From contig JBAYHK010000002.1 of the NCBI GenBank assembly GCA_041666145.1, positions 260 to 64,259 on the forward strand: a DNA stretch of 64,000 bases, given 5' to 3'. A program made the translations under genes and the position numbers. This document shows, in pieces, positions 19,589 to 28,946 of this stretch (within the stretch, counting starts at the first letter, position 1; every line of letters begins with the position of its first letter). The notes below the pieces were generated by a model. It was not told where the DNA came from, did not search any database, and saw only the letters and a program-made list of their open reading frames with translations. This stretch comes from Patescibacteria group bacterium (lineage in GTDB: Bacteria > Patescibacteriota > Patescibacteriia > UBA9934).

Positions 19589-20632
19589 TTATGTTATTGA
19601 TTCAATGTCTTCCCATGGCAATCCTGGACGGCCGAACATGCCGTACATTGCGCAACCTGCATAGATTGGACGACGAAGACCTAAACATTCAACGATCGCC
19701 TCAGGACGAAAGTCAAAACGCTTTTTAACAACATCAGTTAAGTCATCTCCATTCCCAGATCGAGCAGAAATCACAAGCGGCTCGGCAATGCCTAATGAAT
19801 ACATCGCAGTAATAAGAACATTCGAAGCAAGTCCTTCTGATACAAGCATCTTTGCAGCATAGCGCGCCATGTATGTCCCAGCACGTCCTGGTTTTAAGGG
19901 ATCTTTTCCCGCTAATCCCATTCCTCCATGGGGCAATAACCCTCCGTAAGAATCTGCAAGAACCTTTCGTCCAGATACGCCAGCGTTTGCACCAAATCCT
20001 CCTTGAGTAAATGAGCCTCCAGAATTCACAAGCATGATGACATCGTCAACCGATGGAAGCGAGGGAGATATAGCCTCTGCAACAATCTGCGACTGTACAA
20101 TCGAAAGTTCGATCGAGGGGTCATGTTCAACAATCACCGTAACCGCACGAACGCGATCGCCATCTGTCGCAATCTGTACCTTTCCATCTGGTCGTAACCA
20201 TGAAAATCTCTGGTCACTCTTTCGAAGCTCATCAATGCGTCGAGCAATGACGTTTGCGTATACCACGGCACGCGGCAACATCTCTCGCGTTTCCTTCGTT
20301 GCATAACCATGAACAATTGCTGTTCCCTGAGCGCCGCCACGCACCATGGTTCTTGCATGGTCTTCGGTTGGCTTGTCTAGATTTACAAAAACTTCAATCT
20401 GATCTGTATATCCAGCAGCAAGATATACCGACTTTCCAAGTGCAGCAGCGTCAAAATCTGCACGAGAGTCAACGACACCACCAAGCATGACCATGCCATT
20501 GCTCCCAAGCGCCTGAACATCCATGCGAGTTAATGCATCACGACGCAAATACTCATCGACCACCGATTCTACAATCTGATCGCAGACTTTATCTGGATGT
20601 CCGGCAAGCGGCGCTTCAACAACTTTGAGCAT
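19589..20632 (-). CDS. metK: Methionine adenosyltransferase homolog (degenerate active site)
   Basis: GHPDKVCDQI, PDGKVQ, GRK..DSYGG, GKDP motifs. Confidence 0.85.
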   Translation of the reverse strand: MLKVVEAPLAGHPDKVCDQIVESVVDEYLRRDALTRMDVQALGSNGMVMLGGVVDSRADFDAAALGKSVYLAAGYTDQIEVFVNLDKPTEDHARTMVRGGAQGTAIVHGYATKETREMLPRAVVYANVIARRIDELRKSDQRFSWLRPDGKVQIATDGDRVRAVTVIVEHDPSIELSIVQSQIVAEAISPSLPSVDDVIMLVNSGGSFTQGGFGANAGVSGRKVLADSYGGLLPHGGMGLAGKDPLKPGRAGTYMARYAAKMLVSEGLASNVLITAMYSLGIAEPLVISARSGNGDDLTDVVKKRFDFRPEAIVECLGLRRPIYAGCAMYGMFGRPGLPWEDIESIT

Positions 20633-20681
20633 AAAAAGATGAATGGAGACTAACACAAAATGATTATCCACACCAAAGTGC

Positions 20682-20726
20682 TTGCGTTCGTTTTTCGTTC
20701 GGTTATGATACGAACATAAGACGAAC
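20682..20726 (+). promoter_or_regulatory. lexA promoter with two putative LexA boxes
   Basis: GTTC-N7-GTTC (20686-20700) and GAAC-N7-GAAC (20712-20726) around TTGCGT/TATGAT. Confidence 0.65.
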
Positions 20727-20730
20727 GACT

Positions 20731-21354
20731 ATGCTTCCACCGCTCACAAAAAAACAACGCGAAGTCCTGGACTGCATTGAAGGTTTTGTAAAAAATAATG
20801 GGTACACTCCGTCATATCGTGAAATAGCGGAACATCTCGGATTGTCGTCACCAGCAACAGTGCATCAACACATTAAAACACTTTGCGAAAAAGGGATTAT
20901 CAACACTGGAGACCACGGCTCAGCACGATCAATAGAACTCGTCGAAACAGAACCAATGTCACCTCTCGCGATCATGCTTCCACTTGCTGGCCTCATTACT
21001 GCAGGTGAACCAATAGAAGCAATCGAAAACAACGAAGCCATGGCGGTTCCTGCAGATTTCGTCATCGATCCAATGAACTCATACATTCTCAAAGTGAAAG
21101 GGCGATCAATGATTGAAGATGGCATTTTCGATGGTGACTACGTTATCGTCGAACGGAATCCCTCTCCGAAAAATGGAGACATCGTCGTCGCGCTACTAGA
21201 CAATGCATACGCAACACTCAAACGTTTTTATAGAGAGTCTGATCATATCCGTCTCCAGCCCGCAAACAGCACCATGCAACCAATCATCGTCAAAGGCGAT
21301 CTCAACATTCAAGGCATTGTACGTGCAGTAATGCGACGTTTTTCAACAACATAA
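20731..21354 (+). CDS. lexA: SOS repressor LexA
   Basis: wHTH PSYREIAEHLG; AG cleavage site; GRSM serine and TLKR lysine. Confidence 0.96.
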   Translation: MLPPLTKKQREVLDCIEGFVKNNGYTPSYREIAEHLGLSSPATVHQHIKTLCEKGIINTGDHGSARSIELVETEPMSPLAIMLPLAGLITAGEPIEAIENNEAMAVPADFVIDPMNSYILKVKGRSMIEDGIFDGDYVIVERNPSPKNGDIVVALLDNAYATLKRFYRESDHIRLQPANSTMQPIIVKGDLNIQGIVRAVMRRFSTT

Positions 21355-21372
21355 TTCATAGATTTTCTTCCT

Positions 21373-21543
21373 ATGAACGCCATTTCGCTTCGTCACTACA
21401 ACGTGACGGTTGCTTATCGCACCTCAGCTTTCAATTCCACAAGAAGCGAGCTCGTAAAACGGATTAAATTCTTTCTCAACCGCCGACGGTTCCGCAAACA
21501 CTTTCGCACTCTTTTCTATTCACGACTCTCAACCTCGGTATGA
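21373..21543 (+). CDS. Possible 56-aa basic small protein
   Basis: Open frame MNAISLRHYN...RLSTSV; ATGA overlap with the next gene. Confidence 0.35.
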   Translation: MNAISLRHYNVTVAYRTSAFNSTRSELVKRIKFFLNRRRFRKHFRTLFYSRLSTSV

Positions 21544-21851
21544 ATCTTACAGAAATAGCGGAAAAACTTCAGCGCGTTGACGATGCGTATCACAAGGAAT
21601 TCAATATCTCACCAGCAGAAAATGATTGGTTTCTTCTCAAACTTCAGGAAGAACTCGGAGAACTCACTCAAGCATATTTGAATACTACAGGGCGCAATCG
21701 TCGATCTCCAGAATCTGAAGAACAGGGCAAACGCGCACTCGCTCAAGAAATTGCAGATGTTACTTCTTATCTTCTTCTCTTCGCGGAACGAATAGATATC
21801 GATGTCGAGAAAGCAATTCAGGAAAAATGGTTCACCTATTTACATGAGTAA
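21540..21851 (+). CDS. MazG-like NTP pyrophosphohydrolase
   Basis: LKLQEELGEL...EIADV...KW motif. Confidence 0.85.
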   Translation: MNLTEIAEKLQRVDDAYHKEFNISPAENDWFLLKLQEELGELTQAYLNTTGRNRRSPESEEQGKRALAQEIADVTSYLLLFAERIDIDVEKAIQEKWFTYLHE

Positions 21852-22057
21852 TATTTTCTATGCGCATCACAAGGAGGAACAAGACTCGATTCAGCTTTTC
21901 ACTTCCTGAAATTTTAACCACCCGCCATAGCAAAGGTCTCCAACGCTCTCGCACACGAGCAAGAACGTACGAAAACCAACTCCGTCTTCCGCTTGCGCTG
22001 TTGAATCGGTGAAGATCGAGTCTCGTCATTTCATATCCTCCCTCTGTCTCCTCTCCA

Positions 22058-22137
22058 ATAGGCGGGGCTCCCATGCCCCGCATAAGAGATCAATATTTTC
22101 TCGATCATAAAAAGCGGGGCATGGGAGCCCCGCCTAT
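22058..22137. repeat. REPIN-like inverted doublet of the REP-like 24-mer
   Basis: Copies at 22058-22081 and 22114-22137 in inverted orientation, 32-nt spacer. Confidence 0.85.
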
Positions 22138-22160
22138 TTTTCTACCTCCTCCGACTCTCC

Positions 22161-23420
22161 CTACACCTCCTCTTCAATCTCCAACAACCGATTGTACTTA
22201 CACAAACGTTCAGATCGTGATGGTGCTCCAGCTTTAATAAACTCAGCATTCACCGCAACGGCAATATCAGCAATCGAAGTATCAACGGTTTCTCCTGATC
22301 GATGCGAGATAACAACCTTATATCCGTTCTCTCTCGCAAGACCGATTGTTTCGATTGTTTCAGACAATGTTCCAATTTGATTTGGCTTAATAAGAATCGC
22401 ATTCGCTACACCAAGATCGATTCCGCGCTGTAGCCGTTCAACATTTGTCACAAAAAGATCGTCGCCGATGAGTAGCATCTTTTTTCCGAGCCGTTTTGTC
22501 ATCTCTCCCCAATCAGCCCAAGCGTCTTCCGCAAGACCATCCTCAATAGAAATCATTGGATACTTTTTGCTCCAAACCTCATACAGGTCGATCATCTGTT
22601 TCGCGGTGCACTTTCGACGATCCGTCGACAGCTCATACTTCTTTGTTTTCTCATTAAAAAATTCGCTTGCGGCAACATCAATACCAAAACCAATCTCTTT
22701 TCCAAGTTTATATTTCGCTTTCCTTACTGCCTCAACAAGATATTCAAGAGCGGATTCAGTCTTGCCCACATCTGGCGCATATCCACCTTCGTTTCCAACA
22801 TCGGTATCAAGATTGTCAGCATGAAGCACGTCGCCAAGCATATGAAAAATTTCGCTCCCCGCTTGGAGTTTACGAGAGAATGTTGAAAAACCGTGAGGAA
22901 TAATAATGAACTCTTGCATGTCCAAATTCGTATCTGCATGACGACCACCATTAAAAACATTCAACAGCGGCGTAGGGAGTGCAAACTTCTTCAACCGGAT
23001 ATCAAATACTTCTCTAAGGTATGCGTAAAGTGGAGTTTTTGCCCGACGAGCACCGGCATGCGCAACTGCAAGAGAAATGCCAAGAATCGCATTTGCGCCA
23101 AGTCGATGCTTGTCTAAAGTTCCGTCAATAACACAAAGAGCCTCGTCAATACCACGTTGATCTGCAACATCACGCCTATGCATTGCAGGACCAAGAATTT
23201 CATTTACATTTCGAATCGCTTTTTTCACGCCAAGCCCTCGATATCGTGTTTTATCACCATCACGCAGCTCACATGCCTCATGAACACCAGTCGAAGCACC
23301 ACTTGGCACAGATGCATGTCCACGCGTTCCGTCCTTTAGCATGACCGAAACATGAATAGTCGGATTCCCACGGGAATCCAAAATTTCATGTGCATGCACT
23401 GCATCAATGCGCTCAAGCAT
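22161..23420 (-). CDS. eno: Enolase
   Basis: EILDSRGNPT, VPSGASTG, SHRSGET motifs. Confidence 0.98.
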   Translation of the reverse strand: MLERIDAVHAHEILDSRGNPTIHVSVMLKDGTRGHASVPSGASTGVHEACELRDGDKTRYRGLGVKKAIRNVNEILGPAMHRRDVADQRGIDEALCVIDGTLDKHRLGANAILGISLAVAHAGARRAKTPLYAYLREVFDIRLKKFALPTPLLNVFNGGRHADTNLDMQEFIIIPHGFSTFSRKLQAGSEIFHMLGDVLHADNLDTDVGNEGGYAPDVGKTESALEYLVEAVRKAKYKLGKEIGFGIDVAASEFFNEKTKKYELSTDRRKCTAKQMIDLYEVWSKKYPMISIEDGLAEDAWADWGEMTKRLGKKMLLIGDDLFVTNVERLQRGIDLGVANAILIKPNQIGTLSETIETIGLARENGYKVVISHRSGETVDTSIADIAVAVNAEFIKAGAPSRSERLCKYNRLLEIEEEV

Positions 23421-23441
23421 ATCCTCCTTTTATTATTTCAC

Positions 23442-24233
23442 TTACCGCAAACTGTATGTAACAAAAACTGTCAATTCAACATCTTGTGTTCCGGTTTCTA
23501 CAGGAGCAGAAGTTGACGCATCTGATTTCAAAGATGACTCCGCAATTCCATAAAACATCGGATACGAGCCTCCAACGCTTTCGCTATAGCTCACGGCACG
23601 ACCAAGGCGAGCTCCCATTGCAGAAGCAATTTCTTTTGCTTGTTTTTTTGCTTTTGCCATTGCTTCAACACGTGCCTCTTGCTGCACAGCAGTCTCATCA
23701 TCAATTTCATATCGTAATGATGATACTGACGTTGCACCATTCACCGGCCCAGCATCAAGTACGCTTGAAATAAGATCGGTATTTCGAATCTTCACCGTTA
23801 ATGTTTGTGAGGATTCGTATCCGGCTACTACAGGAGGAGTCTGATCGTAATCGTATGTCTCAGATGTAGTAAAAGAAGACGTCTTCATGTCTGCCTCTGG
23901 AACACCGAGTGCCTTTACCGCTTCAATAACCGCGGTCATAGCAATCGAAGCATTATTTTGTGCATCGACAGTTAAATCCGCAGTCTTTGTTACTGTTATA
24001 TCAACAGTCGCTATGTCTGGAACGGCACTCGCCTTTCCTGTTGCAGAAACAGAAATTGTTGGAGCCGACAATTCGGTAAAACCAACCGTTCGCGACTCCT
24101 GCATTGCGGTCTTAATCGTTATTCCCATCCAAATAATTCCGTATACCATCAAGATTCCAAGAAGAACTGTGAAAAGCTTATTCTCCTGCCACGTCGGCCA
24201 GATGCTGGTCGAATTTTTTTCCCACGAAGCCAT
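23442..24233 (-). CDS. SIMPL (DUF541) domain protein
   Basis: TISVSATGKASAVPDIA, ARVEAMAKAKKQA...LG motifs; N-terminal TM. Confidence 0.88.
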   Translation of the reverse strand: MASWEKNSTSIWPTWQENKLFTVLLGILMVYGIIWMGITIKTAMQESRTVGFTELSAPTISVSATGKASAVPDIATVDITVTKTADLTVDAQNNASIAMTAVIEAVKALGVPEADMKTSSFTTSETYDYDQTPPVVAGYESSQTLTVKIRNTDLISSVLDAGPVNGATSVSSLRYEIDDETAVQQEARVEAMAKAKKQAKEIASAMGARLGRAVSYSESVGGSYPMFYGIAESSLKSDASTSAPVETGTQDVELTVFVTYSLR

Positions 24234-24278
24234 AAAATATTGGTTAATATAAAAAAGTATAACACCGCATAAAATCTT

Positions 24279-25421
24279 TTATTCGAAAACTTCAAGTCCT
24301 GGCAACGCTTCTCCGCCAAGATACGCAAGCATTGCTCCGCCACCAGTAGAAACATGCGTAAACGAATTAGTGAGTCCAAATTCCTCAAGACACTCCACTG
24401 TTTCACCGCCACCAACGATCGATATGGCCTTTGTGTTTTTTGCGATCGCTCTTGCGATCGCTAAAGTTCCAGAGAATCCATCTTTTCTTTCCGTTATTCC
24501 AAGCGGCCCATTCCAAATAATCATTTTTGCCATTTTTATAGCGCGAACAAAACACTTCACCGTTTCTGGTCCAATATCTGGAATCGCATTCGTCGAAAGC
24601 ACCAAGTCACATGGAAGATAAATCTTTTTCCCAAATTTCTCAGCAATGTGCCTTGCTTCTTTTACATCAGTCGGCTGCGTAAATCTTGGCGCCTGCACCA
24701 AGAGCTTGCCCATACTTGCAGCAAGCATGGTCAATGACGCTCCACCACCAATCAAAATCTCATCTGCTTTTTTTCCAAATCGTTCAATAAGCGGAATTTT
24801 TGTTCCAATCTTTCCTCCGCCAATCACTAAAACAAATGGCTTCTTTGGCAGAATCGAAAGCGCATGAACTTCACGAACAACAAGCTCTCCAGCAAAACTT
24901 GGAAGATACTTTGTGACCGCAACAATCGACGCATGTTTTCGATGACAAACACCAAAAGCGTTGTTCACAAAAACATCACCACACATCGCAATCTGCTTCG
25001 CAAAAGCAGAATCATTCGTAGCTTCTCCAGCACTAAATCGTAAATTCTCAAGAAGGACAATTGCACCAGGGGCCATGCGCTCAATAACACGAATGGCATC
25101 TTCACCGGGAAGATGCGGAACAAATCGAACGGTCGTTTTTAATATCCGAGTAAATGCTCGAGCAATAGGAGCAAGAGAAAGCGCCTTCATTTTCTTTCCG
25201 TTTGGCTCACCAAGATGCGCAATGAGAACAATGCGTGCGCCACGAATACGAAGTCGTTCTATCTCTGCAACATTCGCACGTAGTCTATGAAGCCCATGAG
25301 AAGAAATTCTTCCTCCACGCATTGGAACGTTCGCGTCGATACGAAGCAAAACTCGATCGTCATGATGAATATCACGAAGGGTCCATGTTTTTATTCGTTT
25401 CGATAATGTCGCCTTTGGCAT
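24279..25421 (-). CDS. pgk: Phosphoglycerate kinase
   Basis: RIDANVP, HLGEP, LLENLRF, WNGPLG, HVSTGGGA. Confidence 0.95.
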   Translation of the reverse strand: MPKATLSKRIKTWTLRDIHHDDRVLLRIDANVPMRGGRISSHGLHRLRANVAEIERLRIRGARIVLIAHLGEPNGKKMKALSLAPIARAFTRILKTTVRFVPHLPGEDAIRVIERMAPGAIVLLENLRFSAGEATNDSAFAKQIAMCGDVFVNNAFGVCHRKHASIVAVTKYLPSFAGELVVREVHALSILPKKPFVLVIGGGKIGTKIPLIERFGKKADEILIGGGASLTMLAASMGKLLVQAPRFTQPTDVKEARHIAEKFGKKIYLPCDLVLSTNAIPDIGPETVKCFVRAIKMAKMIIWNGPLGITERKDGFSGTLAIARAIAKNTKAISIVGGGETVECLEEFGLTNSFTHVSTGGGAMLAYLGGEALPGLEVFE

Positions 25422-26637
25422 AGGTTTGAGAACCTTTTGTCATGCGTCGACATGCCTCCCAAAAAGGAAGTACGAGCAAGAAATAATGAAAATCAACGAC
25501 ACGACGAAGGATAGAAACAGTATACCCTGATACTGGTACGCCAAAAATTGAACCCAACGCATATTTATGACCTAAAGATATAATGACATCCCATTTTTTC
25601 TTGCTTTGATATTTTTGTAATGAACGACTACGGATCAATGCAACAATATTTTTTACAACAGTTTTCGATTGTCGGATTACCGCCTGCGCAGTCTGCGGAT
25701 CACCATTAGCATTATTCAAAATTGCACAATCTCCAAGCGCGAATATTGCAGGCTCACCCTCTACACGCAATGTGGAATCAACAAATATTCTTCCACGCTC
25801 ATTCGTACGAAATGAAAAGGAATGAATGCTTTCCGGAACCTTCACACCAAGCGTAACAACACAACAGTCAAACAACTCTGTATACGATTTCCCCTTATGA
25901 ATACCGCTTTCGATGGGCTGAAATGTAGCAATACCGTCTTGTAACTTCGTCAACGAAACCCCCATGTCGCATTGAACTCCAATGGCAGCCAAACGACGAA
26001 ATGCTCGTTTTTGGAGCATCGGCGAGAACATCATTAATGGCGCCGATGACGAATCCGCAAGTACCACATCAATCATCTTCTTTTGAAGAACGCCACGTTG
26101 AACAAGAGAACGAATCGCCGAAGCGACTTCAGCGGCGAACTCCGTCCCATTTGCACCAGCCCCAACAACAAGAAGCCTTGAACGCTTCCCGCGCTTAGCT
26201 CGAAGAATTATTGACGATAAACGTTCGTGAATACGAACTGCATCACTCGCCCGCTTTAAATCAAAAGCAAACGCCCCAACACCAGGAATCTGAAAATCAT
26301 TTGCAACACTTCCTAATGCACATACAAGAATATCGAACGGAACAGTCATCCCGTCAGCACACAACACGTGCCGATTTACACGATCGATCGACTCAATAAC
26401 ACCGTGACGATAGCGAATGCCGCGAATGCTAACTAAATCAATCTCACAATCTCGTACCAATGAGTTTTGAGAAATATCTCCAGCGAGCTCATGCAGCCAC
26501 GGCGTATAAACCGACTCAACATTCTGATCAATAATCGTAATCGCAATACAATCGCGAAGATGACAACGCAACAATCGTCGTGCAACGCAAAGTCCGCCAA
26601 AACCACCACCAAGAATAACTATCCGAGTTTGCGACAT
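25372..26637 (-). CDS. Type II NADH dehydrogenase-like flavoprotein
   Basis: ILGGGFGG FAD motif, VVGAGANGTEFAAE NAD motif, FALGDCA, PQTAQAV. Confidence 0.85.
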   Translation of the reverse strand: MSQTRIVILGGGFGGLCVARRLLRCHLRDCIAITIIDQNVESVYTPWLHELAGDISQNSLVRDCEIDLVSIRGIRYRHGVIESIDRVNRHVLCADGMTVPFDILVCALGSVANDFQIPGVGAFAFDLKRASDAVRIHERLSSIILRAKRGKRSRLLVVGAGANGTEFAAEVASAIRSLVQRGVLQKKMIDVVLADSSSAPLMMFSPMLQKRAFRRLAAIGVQCDMGVSLTKLQDGIATFQPIESGIHKGKSYTELFDCCVVTLGVKVPESIHSFSFRTNERGRIFVDSTLRVEGEPAIFALGDCAILNNANGDPQTAQAVIRQSKTVVKNIVALIRSRSLQKYQSKKKWDVIISLGHKYALGSIFGVPVSGYTVSILRRVVDFHYFLLVLPFWEACRRMTKGSQTYAKGDIIETNKNMDPS

Positions 26638-26640
26638 ATC

Positions 26641-27138
26641 TTATCCAAAAAGGAAACGAGTCACAGCACTCGGCTTACGCAAATTGCCGAGAATAATCGC
26701 GTTCAATCCGTACGCATGCCCAGCACCACCAGCAAGAAATAGGAAGAGAACAGCGGCATACACAGTCTGTTCGTTTATATATCCGTCTGCAGTATTCAAA
26801 GCAAAATGCGCCAAGTAATACAGAATCATCAATACAATTCCTAACAGCGCCGCAGGGCGCACAAGAAAACCGAAAAGAATAGCCAAACCAATACATATCA
26901 CTCCCCATGCATTGAATGCATCGACCATTCCGTTCCCAGCCAATGTATGAAACCAATCAGCAAATGGTCCGTTTGCCGCAAGTAAGTACGACTCCGCAGA
27001 CCAGTCTGTTGTAACCTTCACTAATCCACTAAAGAAAAATAATCCGCCCATCAAAAAACGCAAAACAAGATAGGCCACACCAAAACTCGCTTCATGAGTT
27101 CCGGCAGAAATCTTTCCCAAAATAGATTGGGTTTTCAT
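26641..27138 (-). CDS. DoxX-family membrane protein
   Basis: LRFLMGGLFFFSGLVK, four TM helices, GAGHAYGL. Confidence 0.82.
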   Translation of the reverse strand: MKTQSILGKISAGTHEASFGVAYLVLRFLMGGLFFFSGLVKVTTDWSAESYLLAANGPFADWFHTLAGNGMVDAFNAWGVICIGLAILFGFLVRPAALLGIVLMILYYLAHFALNTADGYINEQTVYAAVLFLFLAGGAGHAYGLNAIILGNLRKPSAVTRFLFG

Positions 27139-27147
27139 AGCAAGGCA

Positions 27148-28149
27148 TTACGTCCCAATCTGCATGCACAGCTCAACAAGACTATGCGAATACCCCCACT
27201 CGTTGTCATACCACGCAACAACTTTCACCAAATTGCCATCAACAACATTTGTAAGCAAAAGGTCGACGACTGCCGAATGTGAATCACCGATAAAATCAGA
27301 GGAAACAAGCGGCTCATTCGTGACACCAACAAGATCTTTGAATCGAGGAGTCTTCGATGCTGCAATAATCGCTGCATTCACCTCATCAATAGTCACATTC
27401 TTTTTAAGAAGGTATGTCATGTCAGAAAGCGAAACCGTCGGAACAGGAACTCGCACGGAGAGGCCGTCAAATTTTCCCTTCAATGACGGAATCGTTAATG
27501 CAACAGCAATCGCGGCACCGGTGGTTGTTGGAACAATGTTTTCTGCAGCAGCCCTTCCTTCTCTCAAGTCTTTCTTCGGAGCATCAACGAGAGATTGAGA
27601 TGCCGTATATCCGTGCACCGTTGTCATCATTGCCTTCTCAATTCCAAATGCTTCTTCAATAATCGCGCTTACCGGCGCAACGCAGTTCGTTGTACACGAG
27701 GCATTACTCAAAATCTTCGCCTTTTCACTCTTCAGCTTTCCATCATTCACGCTCATAACAAACGTCGGGATATTCCCGCCCTTTCCTGGCGCAGAAATCA
27801 CTACACGTTTCGCTCCCGCAGCAATGTGCACGCTCGCCTTTTCTTCTGTAACGAACAGCCCCGTTGATTCAATGACGATATCGATATCTAAATCTTTCCA
27901 CGGCAACTGTGCAGGATCTTTTTGCGCCAAAAGCTTGATTGTTTTTCCTCCAACAATTAACGAATCTTCTGTATGTGCAACATCAACGTTCCACGTTCCA
28001 TAATTCGTGTCATGTTTTAATAAGTACGCCAGTGTTGCAGCGTCAGTAAGATCATTTATTGCAATAACATCAAATCCTTTTTTCTCCCAGCCAACTTTAA
28101 AAACTGACCGTCCAATTCGACCAAAACCGTTGATGGCAATACGAGGCAT
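27148..28149 (-). CDS. gap: Glyceraldehyde-3-phosphate dehydrogenase
   Basis: INGFGRIGR, SNASCTTNC, WYDNEWGYS. Confidence 0.98.
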   Translation of the reverse strand: MPRIAINGFGRIGRSVFKVGWEKKGFDVIAINDLTDAATLAYLLKHDTNYGTWNVDVAHTEDSLIVGGKTIKLLAQKDPAQLPWKDLDIDIVIESTGLFVTEEKASVHIAAGAKRVVISAPGKGGNIPTFVMSVNDGKLKSEKAKILSNASCTTNCVAPVSAIIEEAFGIEKAMMTTVHGYTASQSLVDAPKKDLREGRAAAENIVPTTTGAAIAVALTIPSLKGKFDGLSVRVPVPTVSLSDMTYLLKKNVTIDEVNAAIIAASKTPRFKDLVGVTNEPLVSSDFIGDSHSAVVDLLLTNVVDGNLVKVVAWYDNEWGYSHSLVELCMQIGT

Positions 28150-28229
28150 AGATGCTCATATTTTAGCACGGAACATGAAACGAAAATCATGCATTGCCGT
28201 TCATTACTTTAGAAAAATTTTGTATCACA

Positions 28230-28254
28230 AAACCGAGCTTCGCAGCTCGGCTTT
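28230..28254 (-). terminator. Probable terminator downstream of tsf
   Basis: CCGAGCT-TCGC-AGCTCGG hairpin with A/T flanks. Confidence 0.55.
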
Positions 28255-28262
28255 GGTCTGAA

Positions 28263-28286
28263 GCGGGGCATGGGAGCCCCGCCTAT
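28263..28286 (-). repeat. REP-like 24-mer, copy 4
   Basis: Identical to 17879-17902. Confidence 0.85.
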
Positions 28287-28343
28287 GAATTGATAGTTCT
28301 ATTATCAAACAACTCGAGATTCAAACCTGGTAGTCATTCGAAC

Positions 28344-28934
28344 TTACGCTCCAAGCTGCATACGAACGAATCTGCCAATCTTGAGATTCTCACCGATCAC
28401 TCGAATGTTCTCGTTGAGCAACTGCTCAATGGTCTTGTCTTCGTCCTTGATGAACGACTGTTCCATGAGACAAATCTCGGCAAAAAACTTGTTCAGCTTT
28501 CCTTCGACAATCTTCTCAACCATTTCCGCTGGCTTGCCTTCTTGCGAAAGCTGCTCACGATACACCGCCTTTTCACGATCGATGATGTCTACAGGAACCT
28601 GGTCTCGAGACACATACTGCGGTGCACTGGCTGCAATATGCATAGCAAGATCTGCGCCAAACGTGTTGAACTGATCGTTCCGAGCAACAAAGTCTGTTTC
28701 GCACAAAATCTCGACCACAACCGCTAACTTATTTCCATGAGAATACGTAAACACCTTTCCTTCGGCCGTTGCACGATCTGCCTTCTTTGCGGCCTTTGCT
28801 GCACCAGACGCACGAAGCGCATCTACTGCCTTTTCCATGTCTCCACCGTGCTCTTCTAAAGCACGCTTTGCGTCCATCATTCCCGCACCAGTGAGTTCAC
28901 GCAGTTTTGCAACCTCCCCTGCTGTGATCGCCAT
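28344..28934 (-). CDS. tsf: Elongation factor Ts (short form)
   Basis: LRELTGAGMMDAKRAL, CETDFVAR. Confidence 0.97.
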   Translation of the reverse strand: MAITAGEVAKLRELTGAGMMDAKRALEEHGGDMEKAVDALRASGAAKAAKKADRATAEGKVFTYSHGNKLAVVVEILCETDFVARNDQFNTFGADLAMHIAASAPQYVSRDQVPVDIIDREKAVYREQLSQEGKPAEMVEKIVEGKLNKFFAEICLMEQSFIKDEDKTIEQLLNENIRVIGENLKIGRFVRMQLGA

Positions 28935-28946
28935 AAAAAATCTAAA

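Noticed and set aside
21832-22030. Short minus-strand ORF beside the REP doublet as a RAYT remnant
   Set aside because: No HUH or catalytic Tyr motif; resemblance too weak.
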